From assembly GCA_947627925.1 (NCBI GenBank), contig CANQXW010000001.1:13314-77313 (forward strand): 64,000 bases of DNA, in the 5' to 3' direction. Source of the stretch: an uncultured Bacilli bacterium. GTDB lineage: Bacteria > Bacillota_I > Bacilli_A > RF39 > UBA660. Under the pieces are notes generated by a model. It was not told the DNA's origin. It worked only from the letters and a program-made list of their open reading frames with translations, and ran no database searches. The first letter of the stretch is position 1, and each line of letters opens with the position of its first letter. The translations under genes were made by a program, and so were the position numbers. Positions 1 through 8,558 of the stretch are shown piece by piece.

Positions 1-200
1 TTCGTCATTTGTTTAATTTTTAAATTTTCCCCATTTATATAAACGACTTTATTATTTATTTTTAAAACTATTTCTGTATCACTTAATTTATTTAATTTAG
101 TAAAATTAAAGACATGCAAAGTATCATCATAGATGGTTATGAAGTTATCTAAATCAAATAAAAAATTTTTAAAAGACTCTTTAAAATGTAAATTATTCAT
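1..200 (-). CDS. yqfC: sporulation protein YqfC/YabP family (partial; start at 200, 3' end beyond window start)
   Basis: Minus-strand translation from ATG at 198-200 gives MNNLHFKESF...VLKINNKVVYINGENLKIKQ, matching the YabP/YqfC 'i.l.t..g.l.I.GenL.I' pattern. The conserved neighbourhood with yqeY-rpsU supports the call. Confidence 0.4.
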   Translation of the reverse strand, partial: MNNLHFKESFKNFLFDLDNFITIYDDTLHVFNFTKLNKLSDTEIVLKINNKVVYINGENLKIKQMT

Positions 201-289
201 CTCTTAATTATATTCCTGACTTAAGTTTATAAAACTTGAATACTAAAAAAATATATATTATAATAGCCTAACAAGTTGGTGATTTATTT

Positions 290-1159
290 ATGGCAATTAG
301 TTATGAAGCATTTAAAAATTTAGAAGAGTTTGAAAGAATAGAAATGGGAATTATAGATTTTTATCCCTTTTGTAATATCAAAAAAGATTATAAAAGCGTT
401 AACAATCTTGCCCGTCGCTATGCCATTACTCGTATTTACTGGCTATATAAAAATTTAAAAGATACCCCTCTAGAAGAAATGACAGAGCAATTTTTAGAAG
501 ACCAAATGAAATGGTATTTTAATTCTAACAGAATTATTAAAGAAAATAATTGGTTTGTATATTTAAAAAGTATTATTTTTATTTTAATTCTTAATGGCTC
601 TTGGTTTCAAATAGAAGAAGATAAATTATTAAAAGCAATTGAATTTTGTTTAAAAAAAGGTGAAGATGTTAATGAAAAAGTATTTACTGAACCATCTTAT
701 TATCGTTATCATTCTTATGTCTTAAAAGGAGATTACATAGATAATTGTAGTTTTATTCATTTAGCCCTTAATACGCACTATTCAACTCAATTTATTGTTT
801 CCTTAATTGAACTATGCAAACAATATGGTTTTAATGTAAATAATATTTCCGCTTATTTTAATAGAACTATCGCTCATGAAGCCATAGAAGCAAAATGTCA
901 TGAAAAATATGAGGGTGATATATTACCTATAATAGAAGCATTAGGGACTAATTTTGATACCTCAATTACTGATAGTAATAATAATAATGTTTATCAATTA
1001 ATTTTAGAAATATTAGAAAAAGCAAAAATAAATTTTGAATATTTTAAAGGCGACGAACGGGCCAAAATGAAAATATTTGAATTTATTAAAGATTTAGAAG
1101 CTTGTAAAGAATATATTCAAAATTTATCTAATCCTAATATTAAAAGAAGACAAAAATAA
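290..1159 (+). CDS. hypothetical protein
   Basis: 289-aa ORF. No recognisable motifs. Confidence 0.45.
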   Translation: MAISYEAFKNLEEFERIEMGIIDFYPFCNIKKDYKSVNNLARRYAITRIYWLYKNLKDTPLEEMTEQFLEDQMKWYFNSNRIIKENNWFVYLKSIIFILILNGSWFQIEEDKLLKAIEFCLKKGEDVNEKVFTEPSYYRYHSYVLKGDYIDNCSFIHLALNTHYSTQFIVSLIELCKQYGFNVNNISAYFNRTIAHEAIEAKCHEKYEGDILPIIEALGTNFDTSITDSNNNNVYQLILEILEKAKINFEYFKGDERAKMKIFEFIKDLEACKEYIQNLSNPNIKRRQK

Positions 1160-1200
1160 TATTTAGCCATACTAAAAGGTGTTATGATTTTCATAACACC

Positions 1201-1638
1201 TTAATTATTTAATTTCTCTTTAACCATTTGGCTTACTTTAGACATATCAGCATTACTTAAATGTTCCGTTACATATTTCATAACTTTGCCCATATCTTTC
1301 ATACTAGTAGGATTAATACTTACAAAAGCCTCATCCACACATTTAGCTATTTCTTCTTCACTAGCTTCTTCCGGCAAATAACAAGATAAAATTGCAATTT
1401 CTTTTTGTAAATCATCAGCTGTTTCTTTTTTACCTAAATCTAAATATTCTTTAACAGAATCATTTCTTTGCTTTACTTGTTTTTTTAAAACACTAATGAC
1501 TACTTCATCTGTTAGTTCACATTTCTTATTAATGGCTTCTAATTGTAAAGCACTCTTTAACATTCTTAAGACTGATAGTTTAAATTTATCGCCACTTTTT
1601 AAAGCATCTTTTAAATCATTATTAATTTGTTCAACCAT
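1201..1638 (-). CDS. yqeY: GatB/YqeY domain-containing protein
   Basis: 145 aa with MVEQINNDLKDALKSGDKFKLSVLRMLKSA, typical of the YqeY family. It is adjacent to rpsU as in Bacillus. Confidence 0.85.
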   Translation of the reverse strand: MVEQINNDLKDALKSGDKFKLSVLRMLKSALQLEAINKKCELTDEVVISVLKKQVKQRNDSVKEYLDLGKKETADDLQKEIAILSCYLPEEASEEEIAKCVDEAFVSINPTSMKDMGKVMKYVTEHLSNADMSKVSQMVKEKLNN

Positions 1639-1652
1639 TTTGTTACCTTTCC

Positions 1653-1838
1653 TTAATTATGATTTCTTTTGTGAGAATTTTTAATGCCTTCTTCTTTTTT
1701 AATTCTTCTTTCAACTCCAGGTTTAATATGGAATTTTCTCTTCTTAAGTTCTGAAGGGACACCGCTTCTAGCAACTTTAACTTTAAATTTTTTTAAAGCT
1801 CCATCAATGTTACCATTTTGCACTACAACCTTTGTCAT
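1653..1838 (-). CDS. rpsU: 30S ribosomal protein S21
   Basis: 61 aa, MTKVVVQNGNIDGALKKFKVKVARSGV...KRKFHIKPGVERR with a basic C-terminus. This is the S21 signature. Confidence 0.9.
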   Translation of the reverse strand: MTKVVVQNGNIDGALKKFKVKVARSGVPSELKKRKFHIKPGVERRIKKEEGIKNSHKRNHN

Positions 1839-1936
1839 ATTTTTCGCCCTCCCTTCGCTTTTTTCTACAAGATATTATAACACCTAGAAAGGTATTTGAC
1901 AACAACAAAGTGCCAAATGAACGTTAATTTAATGAC

Positions 1937-2107
1937 TTATCTAATTGTGACTTGAACACACCTTCTTTTTGTAAAAAGTTTGGCTAGGGAGTCGCCAATG
2001 GAAGTACCTATTTCATAGATTTTATCCATGATTTTAATTATTCCTTCTAAAACGGGTCCTGATAAAGACCCACCTTTTATTTCTAATAATTCTTCATTAC
2101 TTAACAT
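1937..2107 (-). CDS. class IIb bacteriocin precursor, peptide 2 (double-glycine leader)
   Basis: Hand translation of the minus strand gives MLSNEELLEIKGG|SLSGPVLEGIIKIMDKIYEIGTSIGDSLAKLFTKRRCVQVTIR, 56 aa. The leader is a textbook LSxxELxxIxGG. The GGAGG RBS (rc of 2112-2116) overlaps the stop of peptide 1. This ORF is not in the ORF track because it is under 60 aa. Confidence 0.7.
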   Translation of the reverse strand: MLSNEELLEIKGGSLSGPVLEGIIKIMDKIYEIGTSIGDSLAKLFTKRRCVQVTIR

Positions 2108-2115
2108 AGGACCTC

Positions 2116-2268
2116 CTACTTACAAGCCTTAGAGTTCACGGTGCCATTTAAAACTCCAGCGAAAAACACTACAATTCCGGAAACAATTCCCGTAATTAAA
2201 GTAACCATACTGGCACTCATCGCTCCTCCTTGTAACTTTAACATTTCTTCATTATTTAATTTAATCAT
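2116..2268 (-). CDS. class IIb bacteriocin precursor, peptide 1 (double-glycine leader)
   Basis: Minus strand: MIKLNNEEMLKLQGG|AMSASMVTLITGIVSGIVVFFAGVLNGTVNSKACK, 50 aa. It has a GG leader, a GxxxG-type helix-helix motif (GIVSG) and a cationic C-terminus. The RBS is GAGGAGG (rc of 2271-2279). Confidence 0.7.
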   Translation of the reverse strand: MIKLNNEEMLKLQGGAMSASMVTLITGIVSGIVVFFAGVLNGTVNSKACK

Positions 2269-2278
2269 TATTACCTCC

Positions 2279-2692
2279 TCATTTAAATAATTTTAAAATA
2301 AATGTTATAATTTTTTCTTTACCATAATAAAGAGTAACTAACCCTGCTTCATTATCATATAGTTCTTTATCTAGATTAAGATCTATTTGTTGATATATTA
2401 CTTCATCAATCACTTCATATTCGCCATACTCATCAATTTCATAATTTACTTTTTGCTTGTTAAAATATAAGGTTCGGTTTTCGCTTAAGGCATCAGAGAG
2501 TGTTCCGTTGGCCATAATGCTTAAAACTAAACCATCATAAACGCCATAACAAGTTATCTTTTTCGTTATGTAATGCGTATTAGAATAAATAATTAAAAAG
2601 ATGATTAATAAAGCAAATAATAAATCGAGAAAGATACCTCTAGGAATTTTCAGGTGCAATAGTTTTTGATAATTGATTTTTAAGTAATTCAT
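2279..2692 (-). CDS. short membrane-anchored protein in the bacteriocin operon (truncated LcnD/HlyD-like accessory protein or immunity protein)
   Basis: 137 aa with an N-terminal TM helix (FLDLLFALLIIFLIIY) followed by a short extracytoplasmic segment. It overlaps the ABC transporter 3' end by 53 nt. It is far shorter than the ~460-aa LcnD/PlnH accessory proteins. Confidence 0.3.
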   Translation of the reverse strand: MNYLKINYQKLLHLKIPRGIFLDLLFALLIIFLIIYSNTHYITKKITCYGVYDGLVLSIMANGTLSDALSENRTLYFNKQKVNYEIDEYGEYEVIDEVIYQQIDLNLDKELYDNEAGLVTLYYGKEKIITFILKLFK

Positions 2693-4766
2693 TGTGACCC
2701 TCTACTTCAATAATATTTTTAAATAATCTTTTTTGATTTTTATGAGATATATAAATAATGGTTTTATTCTTAAAATAATTCTTAATATTTTTAATTATTT
2801 TACTTTCTAACTTTTTATCTACTTCACTTAAAGCCTCATCTAAAATAATAATACTCGCCTTCTTCAAAAGTCCTCTTGCTAAAATTATTCTTTGCCTTTC
2901 ACCTCCTGATATGTTTTTAGATGCACTTTCTACTAAAGATTCATATCTTAATCCTTTTTTCGAAACAATATCTTCAATTTCACAGATATCACAAATATCT
3001 AAAAAATCTTGATGGGCAATATCTCTACTGGCTAAAATATTTTCTCTAATTGTGCCCGTAAATAATTCTTCATGTTGGCCAATATATAAAATATTATTTC
3101 TAATCGTATTAATATCAATATCCTTAATATTTTCTTTACCTATGAGTATTTCTCCTTTATTTATTTGGTAATCTTTATTAAGTAAATGACATATTGTACT
3201 TTTCCCTGATCCACTGGGTCCATCTAATAAAATATGCGTATTTTCTTTAATCGTAAAAGAAACATCATCTAAAACATTAAAATAATTATTGTAAGAGTAA
3301 CTAACATTTTGAAAGACAATATCGCCTTTTAGACTATCTTTAATTTTATTATTATCTTCTTCTTCAATTCCTAAAAACTCTGCAATTTTTCCAAAAGAGG
3401 CTTTAATATAATTAAATGTCGGAATAACCCCAATTAAATTTTTAAGAGAATCAATGCCATAAGATAAAATAATATTAAAAGTAAATAAATTAATTAAATC
3501 TAACTTTTTATGAATAACTAAATATAATCCCACCGAATTTAGAATAAAGAAACAAAGCTCTAGTAAAACATCTTTTCCTAAATTAGTGAAATTTAAATAA
3601 CTATTAAATTCATAATTATTCCAAAAATATTTAGCTAAGACTTTTTCAATTTTCTCTAAAGCAATATTTTTAATATTTAAATTTTTAATACTTTCTAAAT
3701 TGGTAATATTTTCATATATTACACTATTAAAATCAGTTTCATAATTTAAATTTTCTAAAACTTTATAGTAAATACTTTTACTAATAACTATCCCATAAAA
3801 ACTATAGATAATAATAAAGATTATTAAAATAATTGTTAGTGTTTTATTTAAAATAAATAAAATCACTAATGATAATATAAGCAAGAGCATATCCAAGAAA
3901 GATGAAACAAAAAGATCCGTAAAAAGTTTTTTAATGAAAGAAAGTTCTGATATTCTTGTTACTATCTCTCCTGGCATTCTACTCTTTATATGTTTTAAAG
4001 GAAGGTTAAATAAATGATTTAAAAAACTAGGATAAATGATGGTATCAAGGCGATTACTTAAATGGTTTTCATAATAACTTTTAGCATATATTGTTAATAT
4101 TTTACATATAGTTAATAAACCAAAGGCCATAATTAAATACTTAAAATAGTTCTGATTATAACTAATTAAATTACTTCCTACTTTTAAGTAAAAAGAAGTA
4201 ATAATAGCTAGGATTGTCCAAATAAAACTTAAATAAATTATTTTACTAATAAGAAACTTTTCCTTAAAAAGAATATTAATAAATAACTTTTTAATGGTTA
4301 GAGATTCATCCATTTTAATTAAATTATCTCTTACTTTAGAAAGGATGATATGACCGGTAAATAATTTATTAAATTCTGTTAAAGCCATTTTCCTATATCC
4401 AATGCTTGGGTCCATGAGATATACCATATTTTTCCTAATGTCTTTAACAACGACAAAATGCTCTAAACCATTTTCGAGTTTTAAATGGGCAATAAAGGGA
4501 AAAGTTAAACTATTTATAGTTAAATCATGCTCCAAAACCCCTTCGGAATCAAAGCCCCATTTATTGAAAGCTCTAACTATTTGATAAGCATTCGTGCCAT
4601 TATAATCCGTTAAAGTATCTTCCCTTAACTTTTCTAAGGTAATATAACCACCATAATACATAATAATCCACTGCATACAACATACGCCACAGTCTTTAAA
4701 ATCATGTTGCAAAACTGGTTTTAAATTTTGCATATTTTTCCTCCCTTCACTATTATTATTCGTCAC
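2640..4766 (-). CDS. bacteriocin-processing ABC transporter, peptidase C39 + permease + ATPase (LagD/ComA family)
   Basis: 708 aa. The N-terminal C39 motif is QHDFKDCGVCCMQ with catalytic Cys, then EHFVVV (His) and VYLMDPSIG (Asp). Six TM helices follow. Walker A is LDGPSGSGKST, the ABC signature is LSGGERQRIILAR and Walker B is IIILDEA. Confidence 0.9.
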   Translation of the reverse strand: MTNNNSEGRKNMQNLKPVLQHDFKDCGVCCMQWIIMYYGGYITLEKLREDTLTDYNGTNAYQIVRAFNKWGFDSEGVLEHDLTINSLTFPFIAHLKLENGLEHFVVVKDIRKNMVYLMDPSIGYRKMALTEFNKLFTGHIILSKVRDNLIKMDESLTIKKLFINILFKEKFLISKIIYLSFIWTILAIITSFYLKVGSNLISYNQNYFKYLIMAFGLLTICKILTIYAKSYYENHLSNRLDTIIYPSFLNHLFNLPLKHIKSRMPGEIVTRISELSFIKKLFTDLFVSSFLDMLLLILSLVILFILNKTLTIILIIFIIIYSFYGIVISKSIYYKVLENLNYETDFNSVIYENITNLESIKNLNIKNIALEKIEKVLAKYFWNNYEFNSYLNFTNLGKDVLLELCFFILNSVGLYLVIHKKLDLINLFTFNIILSYGIDSLKNLIGVIPTFNYIKASFGKIAEFLGIEEEDNNKIKDSLKGDIVFQNVSYSYNNYFNVLDDVSFTIKENTHILLDGPSGSGKSTICHLLNKDYQINKGEILIGKENIKDIDINTIRNNILYIGQHEELFTGTIRENILASRDIAHQDFLDICDICEIEDIVSKKGLRYESLVESASKNISGGERQRIILARGLLKKASIIILDEALSEVDKKLESKIIKNIKNYFKNKTIIYISHKNQKRLFKNIIEVEGHNELLKNQLSKTIAPENS

Positions 4767-4910
4767 TAAGTACCCAATTTCCTTTTTTTTAAAGCAAATT
4801 TTTTTAAAAAATTAAAACTTTTTTACCAATTATTATATATTTGGTAACAAATCTGGTAATTTTATTAAAATTTAGAACATAAAATATACTAAGTTTATTT
4901 TAGGAGGATA

Positions 4911-5408
4911 ATGATGATTAATAAACAAAATTTATGGTTTGTAACTTTATTTTCTTTAATATTAATATTAGGAATTTATTATGTAAGTATCGATGATGAA
5001 GTAACCTCTGTTTTAAAAGCGGAAAATGATAATCAAAGTAATGAGGTTATCGAAATAAATGAGTCCGATGTTTTAGTCGCTTTAGAAGTGGAAAACGATG
5101 AAGAAAAACAAGCTTTAATGGAAGAGTATCAAAATATCTTATTAGATGGCGATAGTACCATCGAAGAAAAGAATGTCGCCTATGAAAATATGCAAAAGTT
5201 AAATAATGCTAAAACAGAAGAAGAAAAAATTAAAAACTTAATCAAAGAAAAATTTTCTCTTAATTCTTTTGTCAAAATAAAAGATACCTCTATTAGTATA
5301 GTAGTATCTTCTAAAGATCATAATAACGAAAAAGCTAATAAAATCATTAGAGCCATCCAAGAATTATACGAAGATGAAAAATATATAACCGTTAAGTTTA
5401 ATTCATAA
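4911..5408 (+). CDS. spoIIIAH: stage III sporulation protein AH-like
   Basis: 165 aa. The N-terminus MMINKQNLWFVTLFSLILILGIYYV aligns with B. subtilis SpoIIIAH MLKKQTVWLLTMLSLVVVLSVYYI. The C-terminal ...KANKIIRAIQELYEDEKYITVKF follows the same pattern as ...AIIRLVRSELGGVQSVAVEF. Confidence 0.6.
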   Translation: MMINKQNLWFVTLFSLILILGIYYVSIDDEVTSVLKAENDNQSNEVIEINESDVLVALEVENDEEKQALMEEYQNILLDGDSTIEEKNVAYENMQKLNNAKTEEEKIKNLIKEKFSLNSFVKIKDTSISIVVSSKDHNNEKANKIIRAIQELYEDEKYITVKFNS

Positions 5409-5514
5409 ATGGGCATACCCATTTATTTTTTTAAGGCATTGCTTTAAAAATTATCAACTTTTTATATTAACATTTTTAACTGTCTGAATTTAAGTTTTAC
5501 ATATCTGGCGGCGG

Positions 5515-5550
5515 ATCGCCATGATGAGAACCTCAACCCATCATGGCGAT
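5515..5550. terminator. GC-rich 12-bp perfect inverted repeat (ATCGCCATGATG...CATCATGGCGAT) between convergent genes
   Basis: Seen directly in the sequence. A T-rich tract follows on the + strand. It lies inside the GC-rich patch at 5505-5830. Confidence 0.5.
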
Positions 5551-5568
5551 TATATTTGGGATTTATCA

Positions 5569-6819
5569 TTAACCTAAAACTACGTATGGATTCCCAATGG
5601 AACCTTCTCCACCGACCCCAATATTTACATCGGATTCAAGATAGAAGACAGGACGAACCGCATGCGACCAGTTTAGCACGTGGTAGCTCTCCTCTTGGTC
5701 ATTTGGCACGGCCCATGAAGTGTAACGGCCGCCGACCCAGCCGCTGCCCTCTCCATCCCTGGTCATCGACCATTCATGATCCGTTGTTGGTGCAATTGAG
5801 CCTTTTGGAGTGTTCGTTGTTCCATTTAATCCATTTTGAATAAATAACCAATTACTTGTATTTTGACTTCCTGCATATAAATAGTCACTTAAGTACATTA
5901 ACCCTATTTTATTTCCAGTAAAATTTTTTGTCCTTTCATTTTGAAATACTGTTGGATTACTACTTGATGGTGAATCTCCTATATAATATGTTGTTGGTGA
6001 TATCCATGTTGTCCATTTCTCTTCTTTCATATAACTGTATTTGCCATTTTTTATAAATATATTTGGATATGTTGATGTATTTGTAGTGTTTCCGTTTAAT
6101 CTCTTATATAAATCCGCATCTGGCCAGGTTGTATTTGATCCAGCACTATTGTGCCATTGAAATGTGCTTGTACTACTTCCTTGAACTAATTTTGTCGCTT
6201 TGATTAGTTTTAATCTTCCTTCTGTATCTATTCCTATTATTCTATACATGTATATATCCATATTGTCTTTACACTCTTGTTGATTTTTTGCTCCGAAACA
6301 GATAAAGTTATCTGTTACTGTATCTTTATCTCCAACGAATCTTCTTAAATCATCTTTGACATTACCTGTTATTGTTTCATTTCTTACTTTTAAATCATCT
6401 TCTGATTCCAAACTATGTGAATTGGCTATTATTTCATCTAAAGTCATTCTATGTACAAAATATAATGCACAATATACTGTTGTTGCTGTATTTACCGTTA
6501 TTTCAAAAGAACTATTATTAAACGTTATTACATCTGATGTATTTAATTCTTTTCCATCGCCATCATAACATTCTGCTTTAAGAAATCCAATGTCAGAAGA
6601 ATCTGTTGGCCATGTATTTCTATTTTCTTGTGGTTCACCATCTAAATAATATGCTAATGTACTTTTAGTTTTAATATTTTCTTGTTCACTATAACTCACT
6701 TTATTTATGTCTTTATCTCTATTGGCATATGATTTAAATGTTAGATACAACATAGGTATTTCTAATACCAATAATGCTATTACTACATTTCTAAACACTT
6801 TTCTCTTCATTACATTCAC
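5569..6819 (-). CDS. secreted/membrane-anchored protein with GC-rich C-terminal domain (possible DUF1566/Lcl-like C-terminus)
   Basis: 416 aa with an N-terminal signal anchor. The last ~87 aa (…GWVGGRYTSWAVPNDQ…AVRPVFYL…) are encoded by ~50% GC DNA, against ~26% elsewhere. Confidence 0.5.
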   Translation of the reverse strand: MNVMKRKVFRNVVIALLVLEIPMLYLTFKSYANRDKDINKVSYSEQENIKTKSTLAYYLDGEPQENRNTWPTDSSDIGFLKAECYDGDGKELNTSDVITFNNSSFEITVNTATTVYCALYFVHRMTLDEIIANSHSLESEDDLKVRNETITGNVKDDLRRFVGDKDTVTDNFICFGAKNQQECKDNMDIYMYRIIGIDTEGRLKLIKATKLVQGSSTSTFQWHNSAGSNTTWPDADLYKRLNGNTTNTSTYPNIFIKNGKYSYMKEEKWTTWISPTTYYIGDSPSSSNPTVFQNERTKNFTGNKIGLMYLSDYLYAGSQNTSNWLFIQNGLNGTTNTPKGSIAPTTDHEWSMTRDGEGSGWVGGRYTSWAVPNDQEESYHVLNWSHAVRPVFYLESDVNIGVGGEGSIGNPYVVLG

Positions 6820-6821
6820 TC

Positions 6822-7517
6822 CTAACTCTCTTTAACAAAATAAGCATAGCAAGTATTTGGCTTGCCTGCTTTAAAACTAAACTTGCCATTTTCATAACCA
6901 GTTATTGTTATGCCATCATTACTACTACATTTGGCTTCTAAATAAGAATAACTACTTAAATCAGCACTACTATTAACAAAACGATAATGTTTGTCTTTAT
7001 ATTCTTCAACGCCAAATTCTTCATCTTCCACTAATACATAGACTGTTATATCAGTATTGAAATCTTTATCGTAATATATATGACATACTACTTGCTTTGG
7101 GCCAAGTTTTCCACCTTCATCTTGAACTGTAAATTTTATTATTCCATTTTCTAAACTATAATTAGAATAAGTTAATTCTTCTTTAGATGGAGTACAATTA
7201 CTCATTTCTTCATTTAAATGATAACCATAAACTGGTATATTTGTTGATAAATTATATTTTTTACTATCAGTTCGATCTTGTAAATAAATTTGAACATTTA
7301 AATCAGCTCCTGCTACTTTACTAGGCAGTCCTTCCCCACTACTTTTAGCAAAATTACCTATTTTGGTACTTAATATAGGTATTTCATTATTACTACTATA
7401 ATAGGCATATGAATTATGTGATGAAATAAGCCATATAACTTGAATTATAATTACTAAAGCAATAATTATTAAACTTTTATGTTCTTTAAAGATTTTTAAT
7501 AATTTACTTACTTGCAT
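6822..7517 (-). CDS. secreted/membrane-anchored hypothetical protein (operon partner of 5569..6819)
   Basis: 231 aa with an N-terminal TM anchor. Its stop is 2 nt upstream of the next gene's start. Confidence 0.5.
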   Translation of the reverse strand: MQVSKLLKIFKEHKSLIIIALVIIIQVIWLISSHNSYAYYSSNNEIPILSTKIGNFAKSSGEGLPSKVAGADLNVQIYLQDRTDSKKYNLSTNIPVYGYHLNEEMSNCTPSKEELTYSNYSLENGIIKFTVQDEGGKLGPKQVVCHIYYDKDFNTDITVYVLVEDEEFGVEEYKDKHYRFVNSSADLSSYSYLEAKCSSNDGITITGYENGKFSFKAGKPNTCYAYFVKES

Positions 7518-7723
7518 ATTCTCTATCCTTTTCTATTTTTATCATGAATTATTTTTCATATTTTATACAAATTCTTAAAATGTTGTAAATGCCGAAATTA
7601 ATAAATATAAAAAATATTTTCCTATCCTATATATCTATTCTAACATATATTGTCGTATTTTTGTACTATTAAATTAAAAATATTAAGAGAAAGTTTACAA
7701 TTTAGTAAAAAGGATGGATAAAA

Positions 7724-8167
7724 ATGGTAAAAGAATATTTATTTGAAAACTTAATTGATTTAAGAGAATCTAGAGGATTAAAGCAAAAAGATATGGCTAA
7801 AATATTACATGTATCAAGACCTAATTATACAAGATGGGAAACTAAAGCCACTATTATACCTTTAAAAAAACTTAATGAATTATGTAACTACTTTAAAGTT
7901 GATATGGATTATATTGTAGGTTTTAAAAGAAAAGCTAAACCTATGCATAATGATAATGTTTTAGATAAAAAAGTAATTGGGGAAAATATTCGTAAAATAA
8001 GACACAAATATAATTTGAGTCAAAATGATTTAGCTAATATTTTAAACACTACTCATTCAGTTATAAGTTATTATGAAAATGGTAAAACTTTAATTCTTAC
8101 TGCCTTCTTAATTGAAATATGTGAAAGATATAATGAATCAATGGATCAAATATGTAATCGGAAATAA
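7724..8167 (+). CDS. XRE-family transcriptional regulator with two tandem HTH domains
   Basis: Two Cro/C1-type HTH segments: LKQKDMAKILHVSRPNYTRWE and LSQNDLANILNTTHSVISYYENG. Confidence 0.75.
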   Translation: MVKEYLFENLIDLRESRGLKQKDMAKILHVSRPNYTRWETKATIIPLKKLNELCNYFKVDMDYIVGFKRKAKPMHNDNVLDKKVIGENIRKIRHKYNLSQNDLANILNTTHSVISYYENGKTLILTAFLIEICERYNESMDQICNRK

Positions 8168-8172
8168 TTTTC

Positions 8173-8199
8173 AATTTGGCGAGCACTGATCGCCAAATT
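8173..8199. repeat. 27-bp hyphenated palindrome P1 (AATTTGGCGA-GCACTGA-TCGCCAAATT)
   Basis: Perfect 10-bp arms. It sits in a degenerate block translating F-N-L-A-S-T-D-R-Q-I-N-F, a decayed copy of the YhcG FSIGQ..QLTWSH segment. Confidence 0.8.
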
Positions 8200-8389
8200 A
8201 ACTTTATTTCACTATCTTAAGTTATTACGAAAGAATTTATTATATTAATTATGTTATTTAAAATAACTTATCTAGCAGAAAGTTTAGAAATTAAATTAAA
8301 AGTAAAATTATGGAAAGAATATAAAGAAAATATTAAATTAATAATTAATATATAATTTTAAAAAAATTGATAATTAATAATACTTTGCA

Positions 8390-8416
8390 ATTGGCCAATC
8401 ACTGATTGACCAATTT
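8390..8416. repeat. palindrome P2 (AATTGGCCAATCA-C-TGATTGACCAATT)
   Basis: Same family as P1. The flanking frame reads FAIGQSLIDQFT*. Confidence 0.8.
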
Positions 8417-8558
8417 ACTTAACCTTATATTAGAGAACTTTTATAGTAAAAATTAATATTTGTAATAAAAAAATTATTTTTTTAATATGTTCGACAAAAA
8501 GTGACAAAATAAACATTTCTTGTTTGATATAATACAACCTTATTAAGGAGAAATTATT

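Noticed and set aside
1496-1887. Plus-strand ORFs 1496..1684 and 1684..1887
   Set aside because: They are antisense to the well-conserved yqeY and rpsU genes.
2279-2692. Calling the 137-aa ORF a definite immunity protein
   Set aside because: Its single TM plus extracytoplasmic tail equally fits a truncated LcnD/HlyD accessory protein. Sequence alone cannot decide.
5556-5843. 95-aa plus-strand ORF
   Set aside because: It is antisense to the GC-rich 3' end of gene 5569..6819. The high GC removes stop codons and creates a spurious ORF rich in R, P and H.
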